From IMG/VR virus record IMGVR_UViG_3300035670_000177, positions 3,212 through 67,211 of that record: a DNA stretch of 64,000 nt; one strand, given 5' to 3'. Below, piece by piece: positions 43,953 through 54,770 of this stretch. Below the pieces are notes generated by a model that saw only the letters and a list, made by a program, of their open reading frames with translations, was not told the DNA's origin and ran no database searches. Both the position numbers and the translations under genes were made by a program. Source of the stretch: a virus. Each line of letters starts with the position of its first letter. The stretch's first letter is position 1.

Positions 43953-46415
43953 ATGTTCATCGACATTAGCTGGGACCGTGAAACAACTGGTCTTCTAGAT
44001 GAAACGGCTATTGATTACACTCAAAGCCCATACAAACTACGAGACACTTTTAAGACAAACTGTATTGTTGTTGAAGAACATCAGACAGGTAAAATTATTG
44101 CTTTCTATGACGGTCCTAAGTACATTCTCGATGGCCGTCGTTATGAAGAAAAAGGAGAGCATGGGACTTATATTCTTGAAAATTATGTTCCTCAAGAATA
44201 TGAGCACCATCCACTCAAAGCTTTTAAGGAATATGTTCTTAAAACAAATATTCGAAAAGTAGTTGCACACAACCAAATCAACTTCGACTTGCTGGTTGGT
44301 AAGCTTGAAGAGGATATGGATTATACAATTGAGGCTGATACTTGGTGTGGTAAGGAAGTTGAATTTGAGGATACACTTGTACTCTCAAAAACGCTAAACC
44401 CTGACCGCTTCGGTGGCCACAGTTTGGAGAAACTTTCTGAAAAGGTAAGCATTCAGAAGATTGATTTTCGTAAACACATGCCAGCAGATATCCGCTTCTT
44501 GGAATTTGCAGCCGATGAGTTGTATTATTGCATTTATGACGTTAAAGCCAACACTCAAGTTTACTATTATCTTGACAAAGAGCGTGAAGGTTGGGATTGG
44601 AAAGATGCGATTAGCCTTGAAAAGTCTGTTGCGGAATTGATTACTCGGCAAACACACCGAGGTTTTAAGTTTGACAAAGAGCTTGCAGAGAAAAATGTAA
44701 AAGAGCTGGATGCTTTGATGGAAGAAAGGCGGCTTCGTGTTGAGCCTGTTCTACCTAAACGCCCAGCTACAAAAGCTTTTATGAAAGATTTCACTCCGCC
44801 TGTTCGTCAGTTCAAGAAAGATCGAAGCGTTGCAGCAGACCTTGTAAAGTTTGCAGATAAGGTTGGAGCAGAGCTTAAGCTTGACGAAGAGAATGTACCG
44901 GTTGAGTTTATTTTTCAGGGTAAGAGTTATTCTTTACCATTGAAGACTGAACCGCTTGTTACTGAGATGGATGCTACAATCGATGATACAACGCACATTA
45001 AAGAGTGGCTTTGCAGTTTAGGTTGGTCGCCCCAAGAGTATAAAGAGAAGGACTTGTCAACAGACACGAAAAAGATTAAGCTAATTCATGAAAAGCTTGT
45101 AGCTGCAATTGATCGTTATGTTGCTCAAACTCTTGCAAGTAACTTCTGTGATGATCGTTGCGACCATTTGGATACAACAAGGCAAAAACTAAAATCTGCT
45201 CTTATGAAACGTGCAGAGTCAGGACGAGCTATTAAGGTACTGACAAATCCAAGCTTCACTGTAGGGCAAGACAAGGAAATGGACCCCGGCCTTGAAGTAA
45301 TTGCTGAGAAATTTCCTTTTGTACGTGATGTTGTAGAGTACCTAACTTATAAACATCGTCGTAACAGTATTCTTGGTGGAGGTTTGGAATGGGATGAAGA
45401 TGAAGAACCGGAAAAAGGATATATCGCTTCTGTTCGTCAAGATGGGCGTATTCCAACACCAGCAGATACTTGCGGGGCTGCTACCAGCCGTATGAAACAT
45501 CGTCTGGTGGCCAACATTCCCCGCGTAACGTCTTTGTATGGCGAACCTATGCGAGAGATGTTCTGTGTTGACGATGGTTACTATCAGATTGGTTATGACT
45601 TCGATAGCCTAGAAGCACGAGAAGAGGCGCATTACTGTTGGAAGTATGAACAAGGAAGTAAAGAATATTGCAACTCTCTTTTGATGGACAAACCTTTTGA
45701 CGTACATACAATGATGGCGAAACGGATTACAGAAATTATTGGACGAGAGTTTGGGCGATCCCCTGCAAAAAACGTTAAATACGGCTGTACTTATGGTGCT
45801 CAAGCTAAAAAGGTGGCTAAAACTATCGGCAGTGATATTCGTGTTGGTGAGATGGTCTTTAGTGCATTTTGGGAAGCAGCGGCACCGCTAGATCAACTTA
45901 AAAAGCGTCTTGCTGCATATTGGGAAAATCAAGGAGGTAAGAAGTTTATTCTGGGCTTAGATGGTCGTAAGGTTCCAACACGTTCTGCCCATGCTATCTT
46001 GAATTCTTTGTTCCAGAGCGCAGGGGTACTATGTGCAAAACGTGCTATGGTGATCCATGACCGTAAATTGAAAGCTGAAGGTTTGGACGTTGACTTCTTT
46101 AGAGAGGACTGGAAAAATAAGACTTTCTGCCAACAACTGATTGCCTACCATGATGAGGCTCAGATAGAAGTTAAGAGAGAATTGGTACAGTTTAAAATGT
46201 TTGCCACTCAGGAAGAAGCTCAAGCTTTTAAGGATGCTTCAGATAAGATTTGGTCTGACATTAAACCCAACAAAAACGGAGGCGTGTTTATTGCGTACTC
46301 CCGTCCGGGTGAGCTAGCAGCACAAGCAGTAAAGGAAGCCGGAGAGTATTATAATTTGAATGTTGAATTGACAGCAGGCTACATGGTTCATCGAAATTGG
46401 GCTGGGTGCCATTGA
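43953..46415 (+). CDS. family A DNA polymerase with 3'-5' exonuclease
   Basis: DRETTG, HNQINFD, YCIYDV; motif A DFDSLEAR; motif B R..AK...YG..YG; motif C HDE. Confidence 0.97.
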   Translation: MFIDISWDRETTGLLDETAIDYTQSPYKLRDTFKTNCIVVEEHQTGKIIAFYDGPKYILDGRRYEEKGEHGTYILENYVPQEYEHHPLKAFKEYVLKTNIRKVVAHNQINFDLLVGKLEEDMDYTIEADTWCGKEVEFEDTLVLSKTLNPDRFGGHSLEKLSEKVSIQKIDFRKHMPADIRFLEFAADELYYCIYDVKANTQVYYYLDKEREGWDWKDAISLEKSVAELITRQTHRGFKFDKELAEKNVKELDALMEERRLRVEPVLPKRPATKAFMKDFTPPVRQFKKDRSVAADLVKFADKVGAELKLDEENVPVEFIFQGKSYSLPLKTEPLVTEMDATIDDTTHIKEWLCSLGWSPQEYKEKDLSTDTKKIKLIHEKLVAAIDRYVAQTLASNFCDDRCDHLDTTRQKLKSALMKRAESGRAIKVLTNPSFTVGQDKEMDPGLEVIAEKFPFVRDVVEYLTYKHRRNSILGGGLEWDEDEEPEKGYIASVRQDGRIPTPADTCGAATSRMKHRLVANIPRVTSLYGEPMREMFCVDDGYYQIGYDFDSLEAREEAHYCWKYEQGSKEYCNSLLMDKPFDVHTMMAKRITEIIGREFGRSPAKNVKYGCTYGAQAKKVAKTIGSDIRVGEMVFSAFWEAAAPLDQLKKRLAAYWENQGGKKFILGLDGRKVPTRSAHAILNSLFQSAGVLCAKRAMVIHDRKLKAEGLDVDFFREDWKNKTFCQQLIAYHDEAQIEVKRELVQFKMFATQEEAQAFKDASDKIWSDIKPNKNGGVFIAYSRPGELAAQAVKEAGEYYNLNVELTAGYMVHRNWAGCH

Positions 46416-46424
46416 TGAGGTAAT

Positions 46425-47081
46425 ATGGAAGAGATTTGGAAAGATATTAAAGATTATGAGGGTGTATATCAAGTAAGTAGTAGGGGTAGGGTGAAGAGAT
46501 TGCCAACCACAGTCACAATGAGAAATCAGGTAACAGAATGGCAGCAACCTTTGACAGAATATGTCTTCACTCCTTCCTTGGACAGTAAGGGCTACCCTCA
46601 AGTTTTGTTGTCTATTGGCGATAAAAAGAGGGTAGCAAGAGTTCACAGATTGGTTGCAGAGGCTTTTCTACCCGCGCCTTCTGAAAAATTAGTTGAAAAT
46701 TGTCGTAATGCCGGTTTAGACTACGTGCTTGTGAATCACAAAGATACTGTTCGGACAAACAATGAATGGGAAAACCTTGAGTGGTGTAGCCCTAAATTCA
46801 ATTGTGATTGGTGCGTCGAGACTGGATCGCACAATACGGAGACTATTAAAGGCTCTCTAAACTACAACGCACAGTTAACCGAGGCCGATGTTACTGAAAT
46901 TGTACAGAAGCTCAGGGCAGGAGGCATCAGTCAGGAAAAGCTTGCAGAACTGTATGGAGTAAAGCAAATTACAATATCTAATATCTGGACAGGACGGAGC
47001 TGGTCATGGTTTACAGGGATTCCCCGTAAGTCACGAACGAGACGCAAACAAGGAAAATCAGAGTCAATCGCAGAAAGCTAA
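46425..47081 (+). CDS. NUMOD4-HNH homing endonuclease with C-terminal HTH
   Basis: EIWKDI..YEG.YQVS..GRV; VHRLVA.AF; VNHKD..R.NN...NLEW. Confidence 0.93.
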   Translation: MEEIWKDIKDYEGVYQVSSRGRVKRLPTTVTMRNQVTEWQQPLTEYVFTPSLDSKGYPQVLLSIGDKKRVARVHRLVAEAFLPAPSEKLVENCRNAGLDYVLVNHKDTVRTNNEWENLEWCSPKFNCDWCVETGSHNTETIKGSLNYNAQLTEADVTEIVQKLRAGGISQEKLAELYGVKQITISNIWTGRSWSWFTGIPRKSRTRRKQGKSESIAES

Positions 47082-47114
47082 TTGCCACTAACTGAAAAAT
47101 AAATAATTTTGTTG

Positions 47115-47151
47115 TAGACAGACCCATTTATAGGTGCTAAAATAGATGGGT
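47115..47151 (+). promoter_or_regulatory. sigma70 promoter overlapped by an inverted repeat
   Basis: TAGACA-17-TAAAAT; inverted repeat ACCCATTTA/TAGATGGGT. Confidence 0.6.
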
Positions 47152-47191
47152 AAGGTTTAAAAATAAACCTCTCAAAAATCAAAGGAGAGAC

Positions 47192-47897
47192 GTGATGCTG
47201 AACAAAGACAATCAACTGATTGGTAGATACCACTACATGATCAAAGCAGGTGCTGTGGTTAAGTTTGATCAATTTGATGAGGAAGGAGAAATTATTGGAA
47301 CAATGGAAGTAACTACAGCAGAAGATATCTGCGTATGGCTTGAAAACACCAAAGTAAATCTCTCAGCTTACAAAAACGTCTAACTAAGGAGAAACAAAAT
47401 GGCTAAAACTCTATACACCTACGAAATCAATGTAAATGGCTCACCGCTTGTAACTGATCTTGAATCACGAGAGCTTGCAAGGGATGAATTGAAGTTGGTG
47501 AAGAAAGCTGGTTATACTGATGCAAAGATTTTGCAACGCACTTACAAACTAGAAACTACTAAACAAGTACGCTAACTTAAATAAATAAGGAGATAAAATG
47601 AATATTGGTCTAGAAGAAATTATTCAATACATTGAAATCGTTCCAGAATTTAAACCTGTTGTACGTAAGCTCATTGATGCTCTGAAAGCTTATGAAGATG
47701 AATACAATGAGATTTCAAATTTTGTAATTGATCGAACTGTTGCAAATAAGATTAAAATGTACAAAGCATTCCAAGACGCAGGGATTAGTGATGACCATGC
47801 GTTAGCGCTAACTGTAAATGTATATCAGCAGTTTGAAAAGACTGTTAAAGAATTTGGCAAGAATGTTTCGGCTAGTAAAGCGGACAAGAAAAGCTAA
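47192..47897 (+). other. small CDSs (47192-47383, 47399-47575, 47598-47897)
   Basis: AGGAG SDs. Confidence 0.7.
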
Positions 47898-47968
47898 ATA
47901 ATCTCGAAAGAGATATCCTCAACAAAGTAATGTGACTAAATAATACACGTAAATAGAGAGAAATAAAT

Positions 47969-48736
47969 ATGACTAAGAAAGCTCAACTGAAAACTGAAGT
48001 AATTGTCCGTGATCTGCCGAAGAAAGGTGATTTCGAAACTCTTAATATCTATCTGAAGAATGTTCCTGTGTTCTATCCGGTAGTACACACTCCGAAGGAG
48101 AAGTTCCAGAGTAAAGAACGTGAGTTCAGTGTAACGCCTTTTGTGGATGAAGAAGCTAAGGATAAGCTGTTGGACGAAGTGATGGTTAACAAGACCTTTG
48201 CAGAAGTAGGGGTTTCGAAAACCAGCAAGCCACCCAGGAAGATCAAATATCCACTGAGTTCTCAAGTTGAAGAAGGTAAGGCGAATTATGATCTGGTAGA
48301 TGGTCTTTGGGGTTTCAGTGTAGCTAAAGCTGAATTCTCGAAACAAGGTAATCCTATGAGTGTCAATGTGATTGACCTTGAAGGTAAGCCATTTACTGAG
48401 AACGTTGGCAATGGCTCTATCGTCAATCTGAAGCTGTTTGGATACAAAAATCGAGAAGGTCAGGTTGTAGTTCAACTGGATACTCTGCAAGTGGTTGAAC
48501 ATGTTCCGTTTGAATCTCGTGGTTCTTCTGATTCGGTAGAAGACGATGTACTTGGTGTGAGTTACCAAGTGAAGAAAGCTGATAAGCCGGTTGAAGCTAA
48601 GGAAGTTCCTGTTGCAGCCAAACAAACTACTAAACAAGCTCCATCACCAGCACAGGATTTTGATCAATTCGATGATGATATTCCGTTTGCTCCTATCGGG
48701 TTACAGGAAGGTAAGATGATCCTGCATATGATCTGA
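47969..48736 (+). CDS. gp2.5-like single-stranded DNA-binding protein
   Basis: VGNGS..N..L..Y...L..LQVVE.V; acidic tail with DDDIPF. Confidence 0.85.
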   Translation: MTKKAQLKTEVIVRDLPKKGDFETLNIYLKNVPVFYPVVHTPKEKFQSKEREFSVTPFVDEEAKDKLLDEVMVNKTFAEVGVSKTSKPPRKIKYPLSSQVEEGKANYDLVDGLWGFSVAKAEFSKQGNPMSVNVIDLEGKPFTENVGNGSIVNLKLFGYKNREGQVVVQLDTLQVVEHVPFESRGSSDSVEDDVLGVSYQVKKADKPVEAKEVPVAAKQTTKQAPSPAQDFDQFDDDIPFAPIGLQEGKMILHMI

Positions 48737-49164
48737 TGAAGAAGTGTTTTAAGTGTGGGGTTGAAAAACCCCTATCTGAATTCTATAAACATCCAAGAAT
48801 GGCAGACGGAACGGTAAACAAATGCAAGGAATGTAATAAAAAGGATGTAAGAGAAAACAGAGAGCTTAGGCACGACTATTATATTGACTATGATCGAAAA
48901 CGAGGCGGATCAAGACAAGATCCTCAATACCTTAGGGATTACAGAGCTAAGTATCCGAAGAAATATAAAGCCCACTTGGCTGTAGCCAATGCTGTTCGGA
49001 GCGGAGTATTAGTAAATCCTAGAGTGTGTGAACTTTGTCCTGAAGACTACGCAATTGTTGCTCATCATTGCGATTATGATAAACCTTTGGAAGTTCTCTG
49101 GTTATGCGAGTTTTGCCATAAACAATGGCATAAAGAGAACGGTGAAGGCTTAAATGCAAGTTAG
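48736..49164 (+). CDS. HNH endonuclease
   Basis: CFKC...EFY...CKEC; C..C...AHH.DY.KPLEV.WLC..CH...H. Confidence 0.9.
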   Translation: MKKCFKCGVEKPLSEFYKHPRMADGTVNKCKECNKKDVRENRELRHDYYIDYDRKRGGSRQDPQYLRDYRAKYPKKYKAHLAVANAVRSGVLVNPRVCELCPEDYAIVAHHCDYDKPLEVLWLCEFCHKQWHKENGEGLNAS

Positions 49165-49220
49165 CCCTTTCTGATCTAATTACAAAGCACAAGGACGTGC
49201 ATTATTTAAAGGAGAAACAA

Positions 49221-49783
49221 ATGGGTACTGTAGTACGACAAGAGAAGATTGGTGATTCCTCGATTACACTAAGCTTTGAAAACTATCAGGACTTTCTTGA
49301 TTATCAAAAGAAAGAACGCGAGCAAGATGCTTTAGATGTAGAAGAGGCAGCTAATCGTCGTAGTGACTTTGTAGTAAATTTCTTTAAAACTCCAGACGAA
49401 TTGCCATGGAATAAATACCAGCTTGTGTTGTCAGAGGAAGAATACTATTATCTGTCTTGCATTCTAGGTCATCTGGTCCCTGCTGGTGAGATTAGTAAGA
49501 GCTTGCTGGATAAAGTAGGCTTGGATGACTTGGCCTGCGAAGATTTTGATAAAGTGGTCTTAACTTGTACTGAAATTAAACTAGTGGAGAGTAAGTAATG
49601 AGTAGTGTAATTAAACGTCTAGAGGGTGTAGTTGAAAGCTTGAAGAAAACTCGTGACAACGATCAGGCTGAATATGAGCATCATGTAGCGTCTGCTGAGA
49701 GTTATAAAGATAGTGTTATTAATCTCAGTATTGAGATTCAAGAAGTAGAAGAAGCCCTAAATAAACTTAAGGAGAGCAAATAA
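49221..49783 (+). other. hypothetical CDSs (49221-49598; 49598-49783 coiled-coil)
   Basis: SD-preceded ORFs. Confidence 0.7.
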
Positions 49784-50034
49784 TGAAAGAACGTCAATCA
49801 CTCTTTGACCGCAGCTACCAGCTAGAACAAGAAATCTTCACCCTTCAAGAAGACTTGAAAGAGTTGAAAGGAGAATTCACCTACCACAAAGAATATTGTG
49901 TAGATGGGTTTGATAAAGAAGAAGTGGCTAAGATCATGAAGGCTGCCAAAGCTAAGGTTAAACAAGATGATCTTCTAGCCAAAGCTGAGGAACTAAACGA
50001 GATTCAGCAGATTCAAGACACTTACTCGAAGTAA
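49783..50034 (+). CDS. GapR/T4 DsbA-like dsDNA-binding protein
   Basis: LE.E...L.ED.KE.....G.D...V.KI pattern. Confidence 0.55.
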   Translation: MKERQSLFDRSYQLEQEIFTLQEDLKELKGEFTYHKEYCVDGFDKEEVAKIMKAAKAKVKQDDLLAKAEELNEIQQIQDTYSK

Positions 50035-50041
50035 TTCATAT

Positions 50042-50061
50042 AGGCCCGAAAGGGCCTTTTT
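50042..50061 (+). terminator. intrinsic terminator
   Basis: AGGCCC-GAAA-GGGCCT-TTTT. Confidence 0.85.
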
Positions 50062-50073
50062 AGTGAGGAATAA

Positions 50074-51006
50074 ATGGGGAAGTTACTAGTAATCGATACC
50101 GATACAATCCTATACTCTTCAGCAGCAATGCACCAAGAAAATAATTGCAACGTGATCCACAAAGCATCCGGTAGAGAAAAGCTATTCGCCTCAAAAACTG
50201 CTTTCAACGACTGGATCAAATCTCAAGACAAGTGGTCTAAAGATGAGTTTGATTTCCAGACAGTTAGTAAGGTAGTCGGCGAACCTAGATTTGCTTTCCA
50301 ATCAATCAAACAAAAGATTGAAAATATAATCGAAGAAACCGGTATTAGTGATTTCAAGATTTGTATTGAAGGCGAAGGGAACTTCAGGAAAGATTTTAAG
50401 TCTGAATTCGTGCAATATAAATCTCACCGTCCACCTAAGCCTTTGTTGTTTGATGAGTGTCGTGAGTTCTTGGTCAAGAAGTATAAGAAACAACTTATAG
50501 AAGCAGTAGGTCGTGAAACAGATGATAATTGCAATATTTTTGCTTGGGAAAGCTACAACAAAGGGTTGACCAAAAGAAATAAAGAAGCTTCTGATGTTGT
50601 TTTGGCTTATGTGGACAAAGATTTAGCTGCCAATAGTCGTGGTTGGATGTTCAACTATTTCAAACCAGAGCAAGGTGTTTTTTGGAATGACGGCCTTACT
50701 CAGTCCTACAATTTTGCTACGCAGATGTTGACTGGCGATGGTGCAGATGCAATCCCAGGAATTGAGAAGTTATCTGAAGAGATACGAGAGAAGTATAAGA
50801 TCAAAACTAAAGGGGTTGGTCCAGCAACAGCAGAAAAGCTTTTAGCTGATTGCAAGACAGAGCAAGAGATTGCACAAAGAGTAAAAGAGTGTTATGAATC
50901 TGCTTGGGAAGATAGATGGGCTAGGCGCATGAATGAGAATGGATTCTTCCTATATCTTCTTCGCAGTGATCAGGATAGTTGGAACATGGAGAGGTATTTA
51001 CAATGA
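50074..51006 (+). CDS. 5'-3' exonuclease (T7 gp6/FEN-like)
   Basis: IDTD..LY, NFR....YK..R..KP, ETDD, DKDL, GD.AD.IPG, GVG..TA. Confidence 0.92.
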   Translation: MGKLLVIDTDTILYSSAAMHQENNCNVIHKASGREKLFASKTAFNDWIKSQDKWSKDEFDFQTVSKVVGEPRFAFQSIKQKIENIIEETGISDFKICIEGEGNFRKDFKSEFVQYKSHRPPKPLLFDECREFLVKKYKKQLIEAVGRETDDNCNIFAWESYNKGLTKRNKEASDVVLAYVDKDLAANSRGWMFNYFKPEQGVFWNDGLTQSYNFATQMLTGDGADAIPGIEKLSEEIREKYKIKTKGVGPATAEKLLADCKTEQEIAQRVKECYESAWEDRWARRMNENGFFLYLLRSDQDSWNMERYLQ

Positions 51007-51563
51007 ATCCTTGGGAAGAGGCGCCACATATCTGGCCCACTAAATCTAGCTTTTTTACTTTCCTACGTGGAGCACTCAGGCGAGCTATTTGGGAGAAATG
51101 GCCACTTAAGATTGAGTTTAAAAACGAAGTGTGTGACGTTCCGCCAGAAGGTTACAAAGGTCGAGCAAAGTCTGGTGCATATTGCGCCTTATCTGGTGAA
51201 TGGGTAGGTAAATCAGCCTCGGAGATAGACCATATTCTTGGCAATGTCTCTTTGAAAGACTGGGAGGACGTACTACCTTTTATCTTACACCTCTGTGCAT
51301 CCAAGGATAATATGCAACTAGTGTCAAAGGAAGCACACAAAATTAAGAGTTATGCTGAAAAGATGGGTATTAGCTTTGAGGAAGCATCGTATGCCAAGCT
51401 CGCAATTGCTTTAGTAAAAGACAAAAAAGATGTTGCGTGGATTAAAGAGAAAGGCTATACTCCTGCTACGTCTAGTGCTAAAAGGCGTTTGCAAATAGTA
51501 GAAATTCTTAAAAGAGAAGCTGAAAACGCTTCAGGAGAACAAGAAAATGCAGAAACTGACTAA
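51003..51563 (+). CDS. HNH-like endonuclease
   Basis: LRG.LRR..W...P.K; CA....EIDH...N.QL....H..K. Confidence 0.8.
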   Translation: MNPWEEAPHIWPTKSSFFTFLRGALRRAIWEKWPLKIEFKNEVCDVPPEGYKGRAKSGAYCALSGEWVGKSASEIDHILGNVSLKDWEDVLPFILHLCASKDNMQLVSKEAHKIKSYAEKMGISFEEASYAKLAIALVKDKKDVAWIKEKGYTPATSSAKRRLQIVEILKREAENASGEQENAETD

Positions 51564-52023
51564 AGAACAAATGTTAAGTGAGTTAATGATTAAACTTGAA
51601 ACTATTGATGGTAAGCTTAACAAGTTACTAGAAAATCAGCAGGTCGTTGTTGTTAACGAAACACGGGTTTATCCAAACCCAATCCAAGATAGTGAGGAGT
51701 TCGATGGAGCCTATAAATGAGAGATTATTTCACAAATGTATTAATCGCTGACTTTCTGGAATACACCACTTTCTTCTACGTCTTCTGTAGCCAGATTGGT
51801 ATTTAGATATGGCAGAGATTATTGATCTGTTCCCAAAAGCAGAAAAGAAGTTCTTGAATTATGAAAAGCTAAATGAGCATGACATTCAAAAGTTTCTAGA
51901 TGTTCTTGATGAAAGCTTAGAGACATTTATGACCATGAGTCCGCACGAGAAGTATAATTTGTATGCAAGCTTGGTTTCATTCACGCACACTAGTCTTGGT
52001 ATTTTTATGAAAGGAGAGAAGGT

Positions 52024-52920
52024 TTGAGTAATATTGAATGGAAAGTTGACGCTGTAAAACTAGCTGAAGGTGGTCTTAGCTGGCGTGCAATCGCTAAAGA
52101 ACTTGACGTACCTCGTACGACTGTAAGTGACTTCCTTCGTAAGTATTTTGACACTAACTTCGAACAGTTTACAAAGCCTACAGAAGTACACATGATTCGC
52201 AAGGCCGATAAAGAAGAAGATAATTCACGAATTCTTTTGATTAGTGATTTACATATCCCTTATCATCACAAGGATTCAATTGCGTTTCTTAAGCATTTGA
52301 AAGAGAAGTACAACCCAACACGAGTAATCTGTTTAGGGGATGAGGTTGATGCCCATGCCTTGAGTTATCATGATCATGATCCAGACCTTCCAAGCGCTGG
52401 CGATGAGCTTCGTAGAGCAATGCCTGTGATTCAAGAGCTTCACCAGATTTTCCCTAAAATGGATATCATTGAATCCAATCATGGGAGTCTGATTTGGCGT
52501 AAGGCAAAAACAAATGGAATCCCCAAGCATTACATCAAAAGCTATAATGATGTTCTTGGGGTTGACGATGGATGGAAATGGAGCTACGATTTAACTGTGA
52601 AACTTCCTAACGGTACTTATTGCTACATTCACCACGGGAAGTCAAATGATGTAATTAAAGCAAGTCAGCTTTCTGGTATGTCGGCTGTTCAGGGCCATTA
52701 TCACGAGAAGTTTAAGATTGATTATTGGGGTAATGCAACTGGCCTTTACTTTGGTTTGCAGTGTGGCTGTTTGATTGATGATGATGCTTACGCATTCAGC
52801 TATAACAATTGCAATTTGAAAAGGCCAGTTATCGGCACTGGCTTGATTATTGACAGTCAGCCTATTTTAGAGCCACTTATTATGGATACGGAAGGGAATT
52901 GGATTGGACCAAGAAGTTAA
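52024..52920 (+). CDS. calcineurin-like metallophosphoesterase with N-terminal HTH
   Basis: SDLH.P, GDEVD, SNH, HHG, GHYH. Confidence 0.9.
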   Translation: MSNIEWKVDAVKLAEGGLSWRAIAKELDVPRTTVSDFLRKYFDTNFEQFTKPTEVHMIRKADKEEDNSRILLISDLHIPYHHKDSIAFLKHLKEKYNPTRVICLGDEVDAHALSYHDHDPDLPSAGDELRRAMPVIQELHQIFPKMDIIESNHGSLIWRKAKTNGIPKHYIKSYNDVLGVDDGWKWSYDLTVKLPNGTYCYIHHGKSNDVIKASQLSGMSAVQGHYHEKFKIDYWGNATGLYFGLQCGCLIDDDAYAFSYNNCNLKRPVIGTGLIIDSQPILEPLIMDTEGNWIGPRS

Positions 52921-53371
52921 AATTTGTTCTTGCTGTGGTGGAGAAAAAGAGGTAAAATCTTTCGGGAAACATAGCAGAATTTGTCGAGAGTGTAAGAACG
53001 AAAAGCAGAGAATTAAACGTAGACAAAATGGAGATGCTGCAACAAAGAAGTATGAAAAGACTAAGAAAGGTTTTCTCATGCGTTCTTATCGGAACATGCT
53101 TTCTCGTGTAACAGGGATTCAAAGCAAGAAAGCTCATTTGTACGAAGGGCTTGATATCTTAAGCAAGGAAGAATTTTACGAATGGGCGATTAATGATTCT
53201 ACCTTCAACGCTTTGTTTGAAGAGTATCAAAAGCTAGGGTATGATATGCGATTTGCGCCATCTGTAGATCGTGAAGATTCTTCGAAGGGTTATAATTTGG
53301 ATAACATGCGTTGGTTGCCTCATTGGAAGAATTCACAACTTGGCGCATTATCAAAGAGGAGGGAGAAATGA
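52904..53371 (+). CDS. HNH-like homing endonuclease
   Basis: CSCC...CREC; PSVDR.DS.KGY...N.RW....N. Confidence 0.85.
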   Translation: MDQEVKICSCCGGEKEVKSFGKHSRICRECKNEKQRIKRRQNGDAATKKYEKTKKGFLMRSYRNMLSRVTGIQSKKAHLYEGLDILSKEEFYEWAINDSTFNALFEEYQKLGYDMRFAPSVDREDSSKGYNLDNMRWLPHWKNSQLGALSKRREK

Positions 53372-53513
53372 GCAACGACATTGTACTGTACCAACGCGTC
53401 TCGCATCTTGAAAAAGAACTTGACGAAGTGTTGAAAGAACTGTCACAATTGAAACAGAATTATCAGGAAGTGCTTGATATGTTGCGTTCGAAAGCCGCAA
53501 AGAAGGAGAAGAA

Positions 53514-54059
53514 ATGAAAGTAATCAAGATTGGGGATAAGTTTAAAGCTACCAGACTTCCCGAGTATTTTAAAGACATGACGGTTGGTAAGGTTTATACT
53601 GTACAAGGGTTTGATGAAGATGGTGATCCTTATTTCAGAGATGACAAGGACGCTAGGAATTTTGCACTAGAGTTTAACAGCATTGAAGATTACGGTGTAG
53701 TTTGGTTAGATGTAGATTCAATTGAAAAACCAATCCTAGAAGAACGCAAGAAAGATAAAATCCGAATGGAACTTGTAGATCAAGGTTTCCCATTAGCACT
53801 ACTTGAACTTGCTAAAGTAATGACGTGGGCTAATCAGAACAAAGGATACAAGGACCATGATTGGAAAAACATCCCAAATGCTGAGAATGCTTTCAAAGGT
53901 GCTGCTGCAAGGCATCGTGTGAAGTTTGATGCACAACGAAGCTTCGGTAATGAAATGCTTGACTGCACTGACGAAGAGAGTGGTATCATTCATCTTGCAC
54001 ATGAGGCTTTTAATGTGTTAGCACTACTTGAACTTGCTCTTGTAGGAAAAGTTAAATGA
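53514..54059 (+). CDS. DUF5664 dATP/dGTP diphosphohydrolase-domain protein
   Basis: LA.VMT...Y..HDWK...A..RH...D.ESG..HLAH. Confidence 0.8.
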   Translation: MKVIKIGDKFKATRLPEYFKDMTVGKVYTVQGFDEDGDPYFRDDKDARNFALEFNSIEDYGVVWLDVDSIEKPILEERKKDKIRMELVDQGFPLALLELAKVMTWANQNKGYKDHDWKNIPNAENAFKGAAARHRVKFDAQRSFGNEMLDCTDEESGIIHLAHEAFNVLALLELALVGKVK

Positions 54060-54277
54060 GTCAAAGTAAAAGACAAAGCTTGATTGAAACCATTTCCAAT
54101 ACTTCAATAGGTATGATAGGATCATGGCTTATAACAATGATGTGTTTGATGTTCTTTACAAGTCCAGTTGGTATTGCTACGAGCACAACGATTTTATGCA
54201 CTGTCTGGTCGGTTGGAAGAGGATATTGCCTAAGACGTTATTTCAATAACATGCAACAGAAACAAGTAATTAATTAA
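54056..54277 (+). CDS. small membrane protein
   Basis: QSK.QSLIE...N..IG...R.Y..RR.FN; two transmembrane segments. Confidence 0.75.
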   Translation: MSQSKRQSLIETISNTSIGMIGSWLITMMCLMFFTSPVGIATSTTILCTVWSVGRGYCLRRYFNNMQQKQVIN

Positions 54278-54290
54278 ATAAGGAAAAGTA

Positions 54291-54770
54291 GTGAGTAATA
54301 TTCGCGTAACTCGTTTTAATGTAATCTCCGGTAACGGCCCTCATATGGGCACTGATTATGAATACTGGAAGCAAATCAAAAACCAAGCTAAGCGTGTTTA
54401 TGAAGAAGCAAAAGAGCTTCTGGAAGCAGCAGAAGCAGAAGATATGCTTGGTGTGGTGGATGGCTTTGCAGATGTACGTTACACTAATGAGTACATGGAA
54501 GACCTTCTAGTTGCAGGGGAGATTGAAACTAAGAAGGCTTGGGAAGCTGTGTGTAATAACAATGATCAGAAGTTTACTACAAGCTACACTTACGTAAGCG
54601 AAAGTAAAGAAGCTCTTGAAGATAAAGGTGTTGAGTGCTACATTGATCAGACGCAGTATGAAGGAGAAATCTACTACGTGTGCCGTCGTAATGAAGATAA
54701 TAAGATTCTAAAGTTGAAGCATCACCAATCACCTGATCTTTCAGATTTCATTCCGAAGGAGTTCAAGTAA
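54291..54770 (+). CDS. MazG-like NTP pyrophosphohydrolase
   Basis: EE..E...D..AD..Y...V...N..K. Confidence 0.8.
   Translation: MSNIRVTRFNVISGNGPHMGTDYEYWKQIKNQAKRVYEEAKELLEAAEAEDMLGVVDGFADVRYTNEYMEDLLVAGEIETKKAWEAVCNNNDQKFTTSYTYVSESKEALEDKGVECYIDQTQYEGEIYYVCRRNEDNKILKLKHHQSPDLSDFIPKEFK

Noticed and set aside
43953-46415. Intein or intron in the DNA polymerase or RNR
   Set aside because: The ORFs are continuous with no intein splice motifs; the thumb-region insertion resembles ordinary T7-like insertions.
53514-54059. 2-aminoadenine (Z) genome system
   Set aside because: No PurZ in the window; DUF5664 and MazG alone are insufficient, and the HD protein is RelA/SpoT type rather than DatZ.
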